Both the position numbers and the translations under genes were made by a program. From assembly GCA_012295275.1 (NCBI GenBank), contig CM022679.1, positions 25,854,001 through 25,918,000 on the forward strand: 64,000 bases of DNA, given 5' to 3'. The stretch is from Chrysomallon squamiferum. Its lineage: Eukaryota > Animalia > Mollusca. Shown piece by piece: positions 23,946 to 38,327 of the stretch; positions within the stretch are counted from its first letter, which is position 1, and each line of letters opens with the position of its first letter. The notes under the pieces were generated by a model. That model worked only from the letters and a program-made list of their open reading frames with translations. It was not told where the DNA came from and did no database searches.

Positions 23946-25779
23946 TATTATTATTATTATTTTAAATTTACAGGGATGTCTACAAACATTAAAAATGCAA
24001 AACTGTAAAATTCTCATTCTTAGAGCACTGTAGCGGACATTGTATGGGTCTTCAAGAAGAGTCATTCTCAACACACACAGGGTTTACTGAGTGAGAATGA
24101 AAATTGCTAAAAAGACTGAATTTCCACCAGTGAAAACTGTAAAACCTCTGCCTGCTCCAATGTAGACATCAAGGAAGAAGAGAAGAGGAAAAAGGTAATT
24201 TAGCATTAGAAGTTGTCTTCTTTTTCTTTTCCTCATTTTGTTATTTATTTATTAATTTAGTTAGTAAGTTAGTCAGTTATGAATCTCGAGAAACCTATAT
24301 TATTTAAAATGAATTACGTTTGTTTACTTGTTAATTTAAAAGAATTTGATTAAGATCAACAGTCCATTTTCTGAAATGTTAAATTTCTTTTCTTTTTTTC
24401 CTTATATTTACGTTTCAGCTTTCATAAGTTTTTATTTCTTAATTTTTAATAAATTAATTCTACATTAAAAATACATTTGAAACACACACACACACACACA
24501 CACATTGCAAAGGTATATTTAATATCGTTTTAAAATGTTATTAAATACTTTACTGAAACCTGTAAACTCTTGTGTATTACCAGTGATTAAAACATACGAG
24601 ACTATTAATCTACCATGTTTAGATAAGTGAACCTATTAATTAAATTAATCTATATTTCTATAGATAGAGAGCGGAAGATGTATATTAAGAAGATGTTGGC
24701 TGCTGTGCAAATCAGCATCAGACAAGAATCGTGATCCAGTCGCTGATTCCAAGACTAAAATAAGAATATCGAACATTTTACATTCAGAAAATGTTTATTG
24801 ATTGTCTGAGCCATTGCAGAAAATGTGCATGTACGTAAGCATGTAAAATATTTAAGATATGTGATTAAAATAATAAAACACAGGATTAGAATATTTTATG
24901 TAAAGAATTGACAAGATTAATTTTTAAACTGATGATTTTTCTTTTGTCACACATCTTGCAAATAATAATACATTTGATGCTGTAATGTTTATGTTTTTTC
25001 AACTATTGTCCTCCCTAACAATACATTTTCAACTTGATGTTGCTCAATTACGAGATGGATAATTTTATGTTAATATCTGTATAAGACAATAAGAGTTATT
25101 CCCCTTATGACTTATGAGTTATATTCTTTGAAGTAATAAGAGAAACAAAATAACAAAGTACCCAAATGGGCCGTTTAATATGAAATAATAAAAATATAAT
25201 ATAATCTGAATTTATAAAATACTTGATATTAATTACAGAAATCTTAATTAATATATCAAAATTATCTGTTTATCTTATATTCTCACATCAGAAAATAATA
25301 ATGTTTACCCATTCTACAACAGAGTTCATACGACTGAATTACATTTTCATCCTTTAACTTGTAAATATTGATATAACCAATTTAACATGTTATATCCAAA
25401 CTACTTAATTAAGAATGAATTGCATTCAAACGAAATACTAAAACCACTATAATCTGCCTAGATAAAAACAGGTGAATTATTTTAACAATAAAAAGAAAAA
25501 AGGTAACACGGAGAAATGTGTTGACAGGAAAGGTCTGTTTCTTCTCGATGAACTGCACAGCGGCTCTGTACAGTGACAGTACACGAAACTGAGTCCACTT
25601 CGCTTCCCAGTAGACTTTTCCTTACATCCAGCCTTCCATCTCACAGCACACTGACGAATAACTCTTATCCCTCCTTGATCGCTGACTGAATAAAAGTTTA
25701 AAAATAATTATAATAATAATTAAAAAATAATAATGTTTTCCTGTGTTTTCGGAAAATAATATATTTATATATATATATA

Positions 25780-25955
25780 CAGTGGTACCTTCATTTACGA
25801 GTTTAATTCGTTCCGTGACCGAGCTCGTATTTCAAATGAGCTCGTATATCAAATCAATTTTCCCAAATGAAATTAATTTCATTACTCCGTTCCAGCTCCA
25901 CAAAAACAACCCCAATTTTTTGTAACCTTTTTTAAATAAGAAAAATGTATGTATG

Positions 25956-25998
<43 letters not shown>

Positions 25999-26470
25999 AG
26001 TATTGCATAAAAAAAAAAAAAAAGAGAATTTAAAGAAATAAATTGGTTTTGTAAAGTTTATTTATCTTGGAGATCAGACAAATTATTTTATCGCCTTTGC
26101 CTGAAGTCACAGCCTTTGTCGACTCCTTCTGTTTCAGTATGGTACATATCATAGAAGTACTACGCTCGTACTGTCTAGCCATGCAGCTCGCTCATGTTTT
26201 TCTATGATTTCATGCTTTAATTCAATGGACATCATCCGATTCTTCTTCTCATGTTTTTGCACTCATTTCTTTCCATGGTTTTGGCATTCAATGAAACATC
26301 ATCAACAGAGATGCTTCCGCGGCGTGTTGACCTCGTGAAGTAAACTGAGACGCTGCTGGGCTGTTATATTTTCGTTGGGAACAAGCGGCGGCGTATCAGA
26401 AGCTCTCTCGCAAAAACGTTTCGGAAAAAGTAGACCACACTGTTCGTATAAAACTCGTATATACTCAGGT
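25780..26470 (-). mobile_element. Decayed Tigger/pogo DNA transposon with TIR and a frameshifted CENP-B-type HTH remnant
   Basis: TA|CAGTGGTACCTTCATTTACGAGTTTAATTCGTTCC terminus at 25780. The minus strand at ~26090-26250 reads KKNRMMSIELKHEIIEKHER / ARQYERSTSMICTILKQKESTKAVT across a frameshift, typical of a Tigger transposase N-terminus. The right boundary is approximate. Confidence 0.8.
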
Positions 26471-27155
26471 GAGACAAAATATATATATAAAAACAAAAAT
26501 GAAACATTATTCATGCTTTATATATGGAAGTTAAGTGTTTTATCAAAATATGTAAATATTGTCGTAGTTTTCAAATTTATTAATTTTAGTTTTATTTACT
26601 AATGTTATTGTTGTTGCTATTATTGTTCATCCTTACTGTTGCTGTGTTATCTTCATCATCATCATCATCATCATTATTATTATTATTATTGTTGTTGTTG
26701 TTGTTGTTGCTGTTGTTGGTATTATTGTTGTTGTTATTGTTGTTGTTTTCTTATATCATGCTCTAAAGAAGTATCATGTTTGTTCAGGTGAGGTTTTAAA
26801 GACTGTGGAAGAAAAACAAAATATCTTACAGGAACATTAATTATTTGTAAAATTCTTCCAAGCTGTATTAATTTATTTTTATTTTTTATTTTGTTTTTAT
26901 TATTATTTTTTTTTTTTTTTATATTTTTATATATATATATTTTTTATTGTTTTTATTTTATAATAATTATTTTATTTTATTTTATTTTTTATTGTTTTTT
27001 ATGATTAATAAATAGTCCTCTGATTTATAATTGTTTATTCAGTATTACTCGATTTTTTTTTCTTCTGGTTGCACATATGCCTAGGAAATAAATATTGAAA
27101 CTGATGATGCAATTAGTGTTGTTAATTTATCCTTTCTAAATGTATTTCATCATTT

Positions 27156-27231
<76 letters not shown>

Positions 27232-27271
27232 TATTTGTTATTTAATTTCTTTTCTTTTTAATTTAATTTAG

Positions 27272-27435
27272 GAGCTTGGATTATTACAGGAGGTACAGGA
27301 AAAGGAATTATGAAGATGGTTGGAGAAGCTGTGAATGAATATATACTTGCTGGTAAACAAAATGAAAATATTGTTACTCTTGGTATAGCAACATGGGGAA
27401 TAGTTTCTTACAGAAAAGCTTTAGAGGCAGAAAGG
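27272..27435 (+). CDS. Isolated exon of a TRPM-family cation channel (N-terminal SLOG/MHR region); possibly a gene fragment
   Basis: Polypyrimidine tract and tttag|GA acceptor, donor AGG|GTGAGT. Translates (G)AWIITGGTGKGIMKMVGEAVNEYILAGKQNENIVTLGIATWGIVSYRKALEAER, matching the TRPM signature GAWIITGG..G.MK.VGEAV...IGIA.WG. Confidence 0.85.
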
Positions 27436-29335
27436 GTGAGTTTCAGCTGGCTATACTTGTACTGGCATAATTATAGGTACACTGGTAAACTTCAGAATAT
27501 ACTTTTGAACTGATATAGCTTTAATAAGTTAATAAATAATAACTGTTACAAAATATAAATGGAAAATTAGAACACAGAGCTCAAAGAGTTAATAATTGTA
27601 ATTTTATAAGTTGGCTAAAGATTTGATTTTTTGAATGCTCTGTTTAAGAAAGATAAGTTAATCTATTTTTTAAAATTCAGAATTAAAATAAAAACTGAAT
27701 TATCAGCTTATGTACATATTTGTTTAGTGTGTTAGTATATTATGTAATATCTGTGTTAAGATATTTTGTACATTTTCAAGAAAATACAATCTCTCTCTCT
27801 CTCTCTCTCATCTTTCTCTAGACATGTTGTATATATTTCTGTCTCTTTGTTCAGTTTATAAACTATTTAAAAAATATATATTTATAAAAATCTGATGAAC
27901 ATTCCGGAAAAAAACTAAAACTGATTATCTGTTAAACATACAAAAATGTGTTTACAGTGTAATGCTTATCACTGGTAACATCTATTTGAACATCAACATT
28001 GCCAGCATAGTTGCACACATATCAGACAAGTATGTTAGGTAAATCATGATTTTATAATCATCTTTCATAGACATGTTGTATCTTTGGCTTTGTTATATTA
28101 TTTAAAAAAATACATATTTTAAAATGATGGAAACAAAAATTCCAATAGTCAATAACACTTGTCTTTCATATAAAAGATGGTGACATTCCAATACTAACAG
28201 TTGTTTTGATATAAAACAGATAAGTAAAATATCAGTGATTAGTCAGAATGGGTCAACTGATCCCACAGCACTGAGAACTGTAGTCAACCACCAAGCAAAA
28301 GGAAACACTTCTAGATTTGTACAACAGATGTGTATATTTGAGAAGTATTGTCAATTCTGACCACATAAAAAACACACAACACCAAACATAAATATGTTAT
28401 AAATCATTTATTAACCATTCTTGTTTCAATTTTAAAAAGGCATCAAGTGAACTAAATAAATAAATAAATATTAAGTTATGTATTTTCTTAAAGTTATAAA
28501 ATTACAAAAATGTTCATGAATTAAATTTTTTTGAAGTCTTAAAATGTGAAAAAAAAACCCAACACAAACAAACAAAAAAACTTGTCAAATGAATGCTGAA
28601 ATTTGCTGGGATTAAATAATTTTGAACTCAAGTTTTGAAATGTACGAGTGCTGATATGTAAACAAACTGCACTAAATGTAAAGTGTCTCTACAAATAAAA
28701 GCCTGTATCATTATGGAAATGATGTCATGACAATAGGTTAAACTACAAACTTAATGCACTGTCATGACTCTGTTGTTTTATAGTCACATGAACTGTAGCA
28801 ATTACTTGGCTGTATACAAAATTTATTAGTTTTGTACACAGTGGGTACATTTAAACCTCACCGAGATTTGACATATGCAAAATTGAATTTCATTAATTAT
28901 AATTAAGAGATAACAAAAAAGAAAGAAAACAGAAAGAAGCAAAAAACCTACATATAAAATAGGTTAAATGTTTTACTTACAGAATATTAAAGTTTTTGAA
29001 AATCTATTTTAAAAAAAAGAAAAAAGAAAAAAAGATACAAAGATCTTGAAAATCTACTTCTTCACCTATGACAGATTAAACTGAAAAATCAGCCAACAGC
29101 TAAATTTATTTCATTTATTAAAAATTTACAAAGGAGAAATTAAAATACCATTATAACAAAGAATTAAAGAAGTAGTTTAAAAATTTATACCAAATTATAA
29201 ATTATACATGTTTTTATTATTTCTAGATTTGAAGACATTGTTTTTTATTCCCACAGACTAACTGTAGCAACTTTTATATTTATATTAAACAAAATATTAA
29301 TTTAAATAATTAACAGAGAAGAATTTAACAGTACA

Positions 29336-29385
<50 letters not shown>

Positions 29386-29955
29386 ATGAAATCAAAAAAA
29401 GTTATCAAAATGCTTATTTATGCAAAAGTAAAAAGATTATAACAATATTTAGAACTTGTATGTTTAATGACAGCTCTAAACAACAAGATAACAGTTATAA
29501 AACAATATTTAGCCATAGTAAGGCACAAACATTAAAATGAACACAATTCTGTGATAGAGGCACTTGCCCCCTATACCTCCCCCAAATGACAGAAAAGAAA
29601 GAAAGGAACAGATTTTGCCCTGCACTTCAGTTTACATCTTAATCAGTATCAGACGACTGAGAAAATATGAGTATTTATTTCTCTATAAGCGTCCATTTAA
29701 CACAAATATTATAATATTTTAAGTAGTCATTGATTTGTTATTGTAAAAAAGTTACATTAAACACTGTTATTCACAATTAACTGCTTAAAAATATCATTAT
29801 TTTATTATTACAATATTGAAAGATGCATGGAAACTGTATGTCTAATGTAGCCTGTGACTTGACATTCTGAATCACCAGAAAATAACATTTTCAGAAAAGC
29901 CATTTTACAGGTCATTGCCAATACTCATTTTCATTTAATAAAATTTATTAGCCAG

Positions 29956-29995
<40 letters not shown>

Positions 29996-31808
29996 ATTCT
30001 GATTGCAATCACCTGTCATTAAAGTAATTGTTTCCCTACTGTTATGTTTGTGTATATATATAAAAAAATAATAATAATAAAATAAAAAAATAAAACAGAG
30101 ACTGACCTCTACTTTTTTCACTAGAAAAAATTAAAGCTGGATCTATTCACTAAACTTATGTTTTTATTACTATAATATATATAAGCAGAAAAAACAGAAG
30201 AAAAAATACAAAATACAAACTCAAAATTAAAAAACACAAAAATAACTGAAAATTATAAAATCTGATGCATTCTAGCAGAATAATTAGTACAAAAAAAATA
30301 TATCATTTAAAATTAAGTGAACACATTAAAACTAAATAAACACTATTACAAAATTATGCACATATATGAAAAACAAAAATTGAGCAAATTTAAATATAGT
30401 GCTTAAAATAGTATGATAGCATGCATTATGTAACAGTGTTACTTCAATAGGTAAATATAATTAATTAAATATGCAGAATATATTTATTTATATTGTGATG
30501 AGGTAAACAGATAAATAAATAAATAAATTAATAATAATAATAATAATAACATGAACATAACAAATATATTGAAACTAAATCTGTCTTCTCAATTGTTTAG
30601 AAAATTCACTCAATTTTAAAACTAAACTGAATTAATTTTTTTTGTATTTAAAAAGACAAAAGTATTTGTAACATATCTGGTTTCATGAAATAAAACAATG
30701 TTATTTTTTATTATTATTGCTTTTTTTCGTTTTTTCTGATGCTAGATATTAAAGCTAGTTACTGGGGGAAAAAAAATCGTATAATGTAAAAAAAAGAAAG
30801 AAAATAAATAAATAAATAAAAAAAAAAAGGCCCAAAACACCCCAGTAAATTAAAAAATAAAAACAAATCAATGATAGAGAAAGAAAAATAGAACTATTTG
30901 TGGTTTCCAAATAAATTTTTCAGCATACAAAAATCTCTATAAATGTAATCACTAAATTATTTTACACTAAAAATGAACCAGAAATATTTTTCTAACAATA
31001 TACAGAAACTAGAGTATTGTGCAGCTTTTTCATAGTAAAAAAAAATGAAGTGCATAAAAACAAGTAATAAATGTTTACATCCACATGGAAAATACTCAAA
31101 ACATGAATGTCAAAACAAAAGACTGTGCTATAAAAACTAAAAACAAAAGTTAATCAAAACACAGCATACAGTCCAACAACCTATACCCTGTATTATATAA
31201 AACCAATGGTCCAAAAATATAGAATGCAATATTATAACAAATACATAACTTGTGTCTTAATGTTATGAAATATTCCAATGATTGTAAGTAATAAGTATTT
31301 TAAATATTTCTTCAGTCTGATATTGAGACAAGGCATTAATACTTAGTGATGTGTATTTAATACTGTTTCGTGGATTTAATCATAAATGGAAAATACCAGA
31401 TTTTCTGTTTAACATGCCAAAATTTGAAAAAAGAACCAAGCTTGTCACATATGGCTCTACAAATAATGATAATTTAAAAACAAATGATAAAAATGTATCT
31501 CCAAAGTCTCAGTTTAAAATGAAAATGGCACGGCATACATATTAAGCTCTTTTCAATCAAATAGAGTAATAAAATGTTGTTTTAATCATTTCCTTTCATA
31601 AACATCTGAAATTGATAAATTTGACTGGGGAAACAAACATCAGCAAAAACATATTTAACGTTGTAAATGTGTATTTTTACCAACGTATTATAATTTAAAC
31701 AGTTTATGTATATACATCATTATATGTATGTATGTATTAATGTATATTCTAAAACAGATTAAAAACAATAGTTTTATAATTAAATTGATAAATGACAACA
31801 GGAATCTG

Positions 31809-31839
<31 letters not shown>

Positions 31840-32772
31840 GACAAATTTTCTGCTACTCAAGAAAATTAATAGCAATACAGTATGAAAAAACAGACTTCAT
31901 TTCTGCTATTAAAATAAATGTGACCAAATTTCCACATGAGCATTATAAAGTGTGTTCTTTTTTTGTGTGTGATAGTTACAGCTATTTAATGTAAACAAAA
32001 ATAAGTTATTGCATTTTGAAGCAAAAACTATCGATAAAGAAAGCATGGATTCTTGCTACTCATATTTGTTATTAATATTAATGCTGTTAACAAAAAAAAT
32101 GCATGATTTTTTGCCCATTTATGTTTCACAGATATGAAAATGAAAGAAAACTAAACAACAATATATTATTTAATTGCTAATGATATGAAAATGGCCATGT
32201 GCATTTCTAAAAAAACTGCAAGTATGGCACCTTTTAAAAATGGTTTAAAAATATGTATTTTTAATTGTATTCAATCATCATTTCAGTTAAGAGCACTGTA
32301 ATGTAAAAATAAGAAAATAAAAAAATAATTCTCCGAGTTAAACATAAAAATAAAAAATAAAAAATGATAATTATCAATAAAAATATTGTTTGAAGACAAG
32401 TGATTGTTAATGACTATTTTCTACTAATCATCACATAACTGCATGATAACAAAAATCAAAATTTCTTAAAGATTTAAATATAGATTTAGTGATTTTATTT
32501 ATTTTACACAGATTATTCTGTCATGCTGGTAAAACTGATAACACATCAGAATGTGTCATATCGCTGTCTGTTTTATTATTAAAACTATTGCACAAATCAG
32601 ACAATTAACCGTTGATTTATAAAATCTTTTTTTTTTTTACCAAAAATATTTCAAAAAGCAAGAAAATGAATATAAATATTAATACTGGTGTATATATATA
32701 AATTCAATCCATTTCTTCAACAGAATAAATTCATTACCAGATTAATTAATTGTTTTTCTTATACCTCTATGC

Positions 32773-33031
32773 CAGGGATTGGCAACCTTTTGGAAAGAAG
32801 GGGCCTGATAGGTATGCATTATATATACACAGACCCACACACTGACATCTCTCTCTGTCTCTCAATTATATCTTCAATATTGAGCACCAAAATGGGATGC
32901 TAGGAAGCAAAGCTGCTTTAGTCTGGAGGTGTAAAGAAAACACAACAAAGTTACTGTAATAATTGGTGTCCGAGTGTTCAGCTGGTGGGCCAGACTAAAA
33001 TATCTCATAAGACAAGGGTTGCTGACCCCTG
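32773..33031. mobile_element. hAT-like MITE with imperfect 15-bp TIRs, just 3' of the RhoGAP stop codon
   Basis: Left end CAGGGATTGGCAACC; right end GGTTGCTGACCCCTG (reverse complement CAGGGGTCAGCAACC). No clean target-site duplication. Confidence 0.55.
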
Positions 33032-33235
33032 TTTTATACAAGTAAAAAAAAATAAAAAAAATAAAAAAATTAATTGAATAAAAATAAAAAAAAGGAAAAA
33101 AAAAGAGTTTAATTTAAAAGGCACTTGAATCTGACGATTTAGAATTCATTTCTAAATGTTAACTAAATGACTGAGCATTTTCCAGTATCAAAAAACACCA
33201 ACAAATTTGAATAAAAAACACAAAAAACTAACAAC

Positions 33236-34604
33236 TTAGCTCTGTGCTAGATCACCGTACTGCATCTGATACTGGTGAAGCTGTTGTTTTAACTTTACTA
33301 CTGCTTCTACAGCTTCGGCCCTGCCTCTGCTTTCTGTCTCGAATTTGGCGTTCTGAGTTTTGAACACTGCTTCCAGGGTCTCAATGCGCTTTTCATATTT
33401 CTCTTTCATGTTGTCTATCTCGGCTCTGAGAGCTTTCACTGTCGTGTCATACTTGCTTTTCTGTTTGGTGATAATTTCTTTCAGTGCCTCGATCTCTTTG
33501 ATTCTGGCTTCCATGTCAGCTTGTGTAAAATACTGATCCTGTTCTTGCGATCTCCCGACAGAACTGGTCTGTGTTTCTTTTGTGATCTGGTTTGATGAAT
33601 TTGACTGCTGGCTGCTCATTTTGTTTTCGGCTGAAGGTCCTTGTGAATCTGGAGCTGATGGCACACAGGAGTCTGGACTTGTAGGAATGCTGGTTTCTGG
33701 TTCTGACTGGCTGCTCAGTGTACGACTCACTCTTTGACCTCGCACAATCTTTGACTTTCTTTTTGGTGGAACGGGTCGTCCATCTTCTGCCAGCTTTGGA
33801 CTATTCACTTGCAGACTAGGGGTGCTGCTGGCAGAATTGTGTCGAAGAACAACATCATTATCTTCAGCAGGAAAATGACTGTCGCTGAATTCCAGCGGAG
33901 ACAAAGAAGCCTCAGTTACATCTGTGTTACTCTTTCTTTGAGCAGCTGTGTCTTCAAACCGCAATCCTTCAAGATCCAGGATGCCTTTGTTCACAGAACT
34001 GGCTTGAAGAACAGGATGCTGATCATCGCTTTGAGACAATCTTAAAAGATCTTCAACTGGAACAGGTTCAGGTGTTCTGGAACCAGAGTCGTATTCGAGT
34101 TCAAACACGATATCAAAATAATTGATAAGCATGAACGCTAACTGCTGTGCTATATCTGCAGTCATCATGAACAGCTCTGGATTGTCATCCATGTGACGAA
34201 TAATGTTAGGACCGAACACAGTCGCAATGTTGAGCATGGACATCTTGTTTACAGAAGAATGCTGTCCAACCGCATTTAACATCTGACAAAGGTATTTCAA
34301 AATGTTGTAATTATCAACAGGCAGGTGAGGCATATAAGCTTTCAAGTCAGCAACCACGTTCAGTTTGACAGATTCTTCTTTGGCATCGAGGAATCGTAAG
34401 GCAAAATTCATGAATTTCTGATAATGTTTGCATGGGATTATGGACTCTGGAAGTTCTCGTAGATACAATTTGAGCAATGAAGAGACGCTGTGGACATCAG
34501 CCTCGTACTTTGCTAGAGAAACTTGTTCTCCACAGTCAAATTTTTCTTTTAAATCACGTATTACACTTGCTCTTCCTGGCAGTCTAAACACAAACAGAAA
34601 ATAT

Positions 34605-34639
<35 letters not shown>

Positions 34640-36145
34640 AAATTCAAAGTATCTGGAACACATTAAGATGAAAAAAAAAAATTAAATTTGACTTTTCACA
34701 AATATTAACTTATGATAAATAAAACAATAGATAATTATAAATGAGGCAGAGTAAATGAGTCAAACTATATATTTTTCAAATAAACATTAATAGAATTAAT
34801 ATAATTTCCGTTTAGAAATTATTCAAATCTATTTGCTATATACCTAGAAAACTGATACTATTTCTGACCGAATGAAATTAATATTTATTTCTTGTCTTAA
34901 TGTAATTTATCTCCACTCACAGATAGCAAAATAATAACTGGGTACTAAATGTTTGATAAATTAATTTTATTCTTCTGTTACTGATATGAAAGCAAAAGAT
35001 AACTATTAGAAATAAAATGTTCCTATATACAAGAATCAATAAAAAATTCAACACCATTCCTAAGTTAATTTAAATATTTCTTGTATATTAAATGACTATT
35101 GTCATCAGTAAAATCAATTCAGCACCTAAAAAGTCCTTCTGCTTTAAGACCATTTTTATAAATAAATTCCACACATTCTTCAATTATAAATGGAATTTTT
35201 CGGTTATGTTGATGTTCGTACTTCATGGTTTCTTCAATTTTCTGTCCAAATATTGCTGCAAAAAGAAAAAAAAAAATGCTTGTATTAAGTAATTTTTGTT
35301 AAGAACAAAAAACCGAGTAAAATGAAAAAGTCAACCAGACCCTCCCCAACATCAGAACAGCATTACCTCCTCCTAGTTTAGCATAGAGGGCGTGTCTTAG
35401 AGCCTTTATCCAGCCTTGTCGTTCAGCATCAGAAGACGCACACAAACATACTGTCTCATGATTGTCATTCTTTTTCTCAGTGTTTCGATGACTTTTAGCT
35501 GCAAGTAAAACAGAATGCTTAACAATCATCTTCTGTTTTTGCTGTAAAAAAAAAAAAACACCAACTAATCCTCAATAACAGAGTATTTACTCTTTTTTTG
35601 ATCAAAATTAAACAACAAAACAAATAAATACAACTCAGCAAGTTGTGATAGGAAGAGTATTGGTCCTAGTATGGACAACTACAATAGTCTGATGTGGACA
35701 AGGGATGAAAAACAATATGGTAAACATCATTCTTAAGACAAAGACAACGGAATTTAAAAGTCCACTTTGAGAGAGCACAATACATCACCAGCTTTTGTGA
35801 CCATAATGTAATCAAAGACCGACATACAGTTTATCACATTTATTAACTGATGAAAATATGCCAGTGCTATTTGTAATTATTCATATACAACCGAAGAAAA
35901 TTCTCACCTAAAACTATTTCAAAGATGAAGTGGTCTGGTTCGTCAGGACTGATGGGCTGTTCCAAAATCCTGTGCTGGTCGAGAAGAATGCTGCCTTGAG
36001 ATTTGATGTCATCTTCCTTTATATAGTAGATGAGAAATCTTCCAGACAGAACAAAGTAACGATGCTGCCATGTTGATTTCATAATTCCACCTCTCTTCAT
36101 TAACCATCCACGCTTTGTTAAACCTTCAGAGCTAGGCCTGGCCAT
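33236..36145 (-). CDS. ARHGAP24: Rho GTPase-activating protein, ARHGAP22/24/25-like (PH + RhoGAP + C-terminal coiled coil), ~615 aa
   Basis: complement(join(33236..34583,35126..35255,35367..35498,35908..36145)), all GT-AG and phase-consistent. PH motifs KRGWLMKRGG..WQHRYFVL and ERQGWIKAL; GAP motifs IFGQ..EE, EGLFRLPG (arginine finger), LLKLYLRELPE, NKMSMLNIATVFGPN. The symbol denotes the subfamily, not strict orthology. Confidence 0.93.
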
Positions 36146-36158
36146 TTTCTAACTATCA

Positions 36159-36206
<48 letters not shown>

Positions 36207-38192
36207 AAATAAAATAAAATAAAATAAAATAAATATATATATATATTTTTTAACTGTTTACTATTCATTTTATTATTACTATTTTGTTTGTTTAAAAATA
36301 TGAATTATCATACGTCAAGATATTAATTTCTTCTGAAAATGCAACTTTTTAAAAATTCTCGTGGCAAACAGCTGATTAAGAGAATTTTTTTATTATTATT
36401 ATCATTTCTTTTTTTTGACTATACTAACACTGTACTGGGCAGATAACTCTTACCAGTTGGTATGTGACAAAGTCACAAAATCATACATTTTGCTTGTTCT
36501 AGAAGCATTTTCAATTTTCAGATGACAAATACCTTCAAAAACTCACCCAAGCAAGAAAAGAATGTATTTCATGTAGATCATATTCAAATTCTTTTGTGCA
36601 AAATATGAACATTTGCTGATTTTGTGGTATTGATCATAAAGAACCCATTTTTGCCTCATGGTTATGTTACATGATTAAATACTGGAATTTGATTGGATTT
36701 ATATATTTATTATATTTCAGTAGATTTAAGTTTATAATCTATACATAATTAATTACCTGTAACTTTAGATAAGACAAATTTTAATTTTATGCAATTATCT
36801 TAATATTCTGAAAATTTATTTGACAGAGCTATCATGCTTTTTAAGAAAGAGTTTAACGAATTTTGATCACAGCATTTGTGACTAAAGACCAAAATTACAG
36901 GAATTTTCAGAAAATAAAAATGTCATTATGTCATTTTTTTTTCATCCTAAATGTGATATGATATTCTTGTGGGATTTTTTGTATGCTCTTTCCAGTGATG
37001 TAGAAATAATTTGTTTTCAGAGGACTTTTATTTTATTATTATCATAATTTTTATTTTATTTTTGGTCACATATCTACTAAATGCCTATCTTTGAATTTAT
37101 TTCAAACAAATAATAAAATGGAACATTAAGTTTAACAAGTACAGCAGATGAATTATGAGAACTCATAAATCATTAAAAAATTAAAAAATAAAATCATATT
37201 TAACATTTAACAATTACAAATTGTGAATATGTTTAAACAGTTCAATCAAAACATAAATAATATCAAAATTTATTCACTTAAATTTTTGTGTCGCTAATGA
37301 CTATAGCGGTATGTTTAAGTGAGTCAGAGTGAGTCTGTAAGTTACAGTGTAACAGCATTAAATGGGTCATATTAAAAAAGGACTAATTAAAAGGTGTTTT
37401 ATTATTATTATTATTTTTTTTTTAATGCACACTAATATGTCAAATTAGTACATAAAGAAAAAGTTAAACCGTTTGTGTTGTATAAACTATATTATATATA
37501 ATAAAAAAAAATATGAAATAATTATTTAATAATATCTAAATATGGTTACAAAAATTAAATCAAACAAATATAATTACACACCAATCGTTATTCCATTTAC
37601 AGATATCTTTGTGAATGTAAACAAATGTGTGACATTTCTAATTTACTAAATTAAAATCCAACAATTTTCCTTACTACATTAATTAAACTGTTATTCTTCC
37701 TGGCTGTTCAGGTTTCCGTCGTGTTCATTTGACTTACTTGGTTAATCCAGTGCGTGAATTTCTGACAGCATATGCATTCCCCAAAATAAATCAACTAACA
37801 TTTTGCTTTTCACATCTTAAACATTATTTCTGAAATCATAAATAACTGGCATCATTGCAGATGCAAAGTTACAAAGTTGAAGTATAAAAGTTTGGTTAAG
37901 TTCATTTATTTTCCTCCTATTTTTGACAGAAAAGCATAACCGTACGACTTAACAATTACGCATAAAGAACTTGTTAATACAAATCAATTTTATAAAGGAC
38001 CGGCAGTCAGTCAAACTGCAAAATACGTGACGTTTTTCGCAATATAATGAATATTTTGTTCATAAATATAGTTTTCTTAAATGACAATAATCATAATAAA
38101 ATTTCTTAAACATAAAAAATCTAACGAGATTTAAAATAAAAATGATTTAATAAAATCGCACAGGTACGATAATGAAAACTTCACCAAATTGC

Positions 38193-38200
38193 TGACGTCA
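38193..38200. promoter_or_regulatory. Perfect CRE (TGACGTCA) in the divergent RhoGAP/JNK promoter region
   Basis: Palindrome in a locally CpG-richer stretch (~37700-38460) between a minus-strand donor (~37737) and a plus-strand donor (38328). A TGACG half site lies at ~38029. Confidence 0.55.
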
Positions 38201-38327
38201 CACACCAAAGTGGAAGCTTTATGGAAATGATAGGGAAGTCTGTTTGGGAAAATGAATGTTTTTCGAGACCTCATACATTCTTATAACATGTTCTGTGTTT
38301 CGTTTTGAAGAATACTCACGGCCATAG
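38200..38327 (+). other. Probable non-coding first exon of JNK
   Basis: Strong donor gccatag|GTAAGT at 38327/38328 and a matching acceptor ttttacag at 40488 ahead of the first coding exon. The start coordinate is approximate. Confidence 0.5.

Noticed and set aside
29957-29994. Long poly(A) run as the tail of a retrocopy
   Set aside because: No associated processed ORF or target-site duplication; similar homopolymers are common throughout the window.
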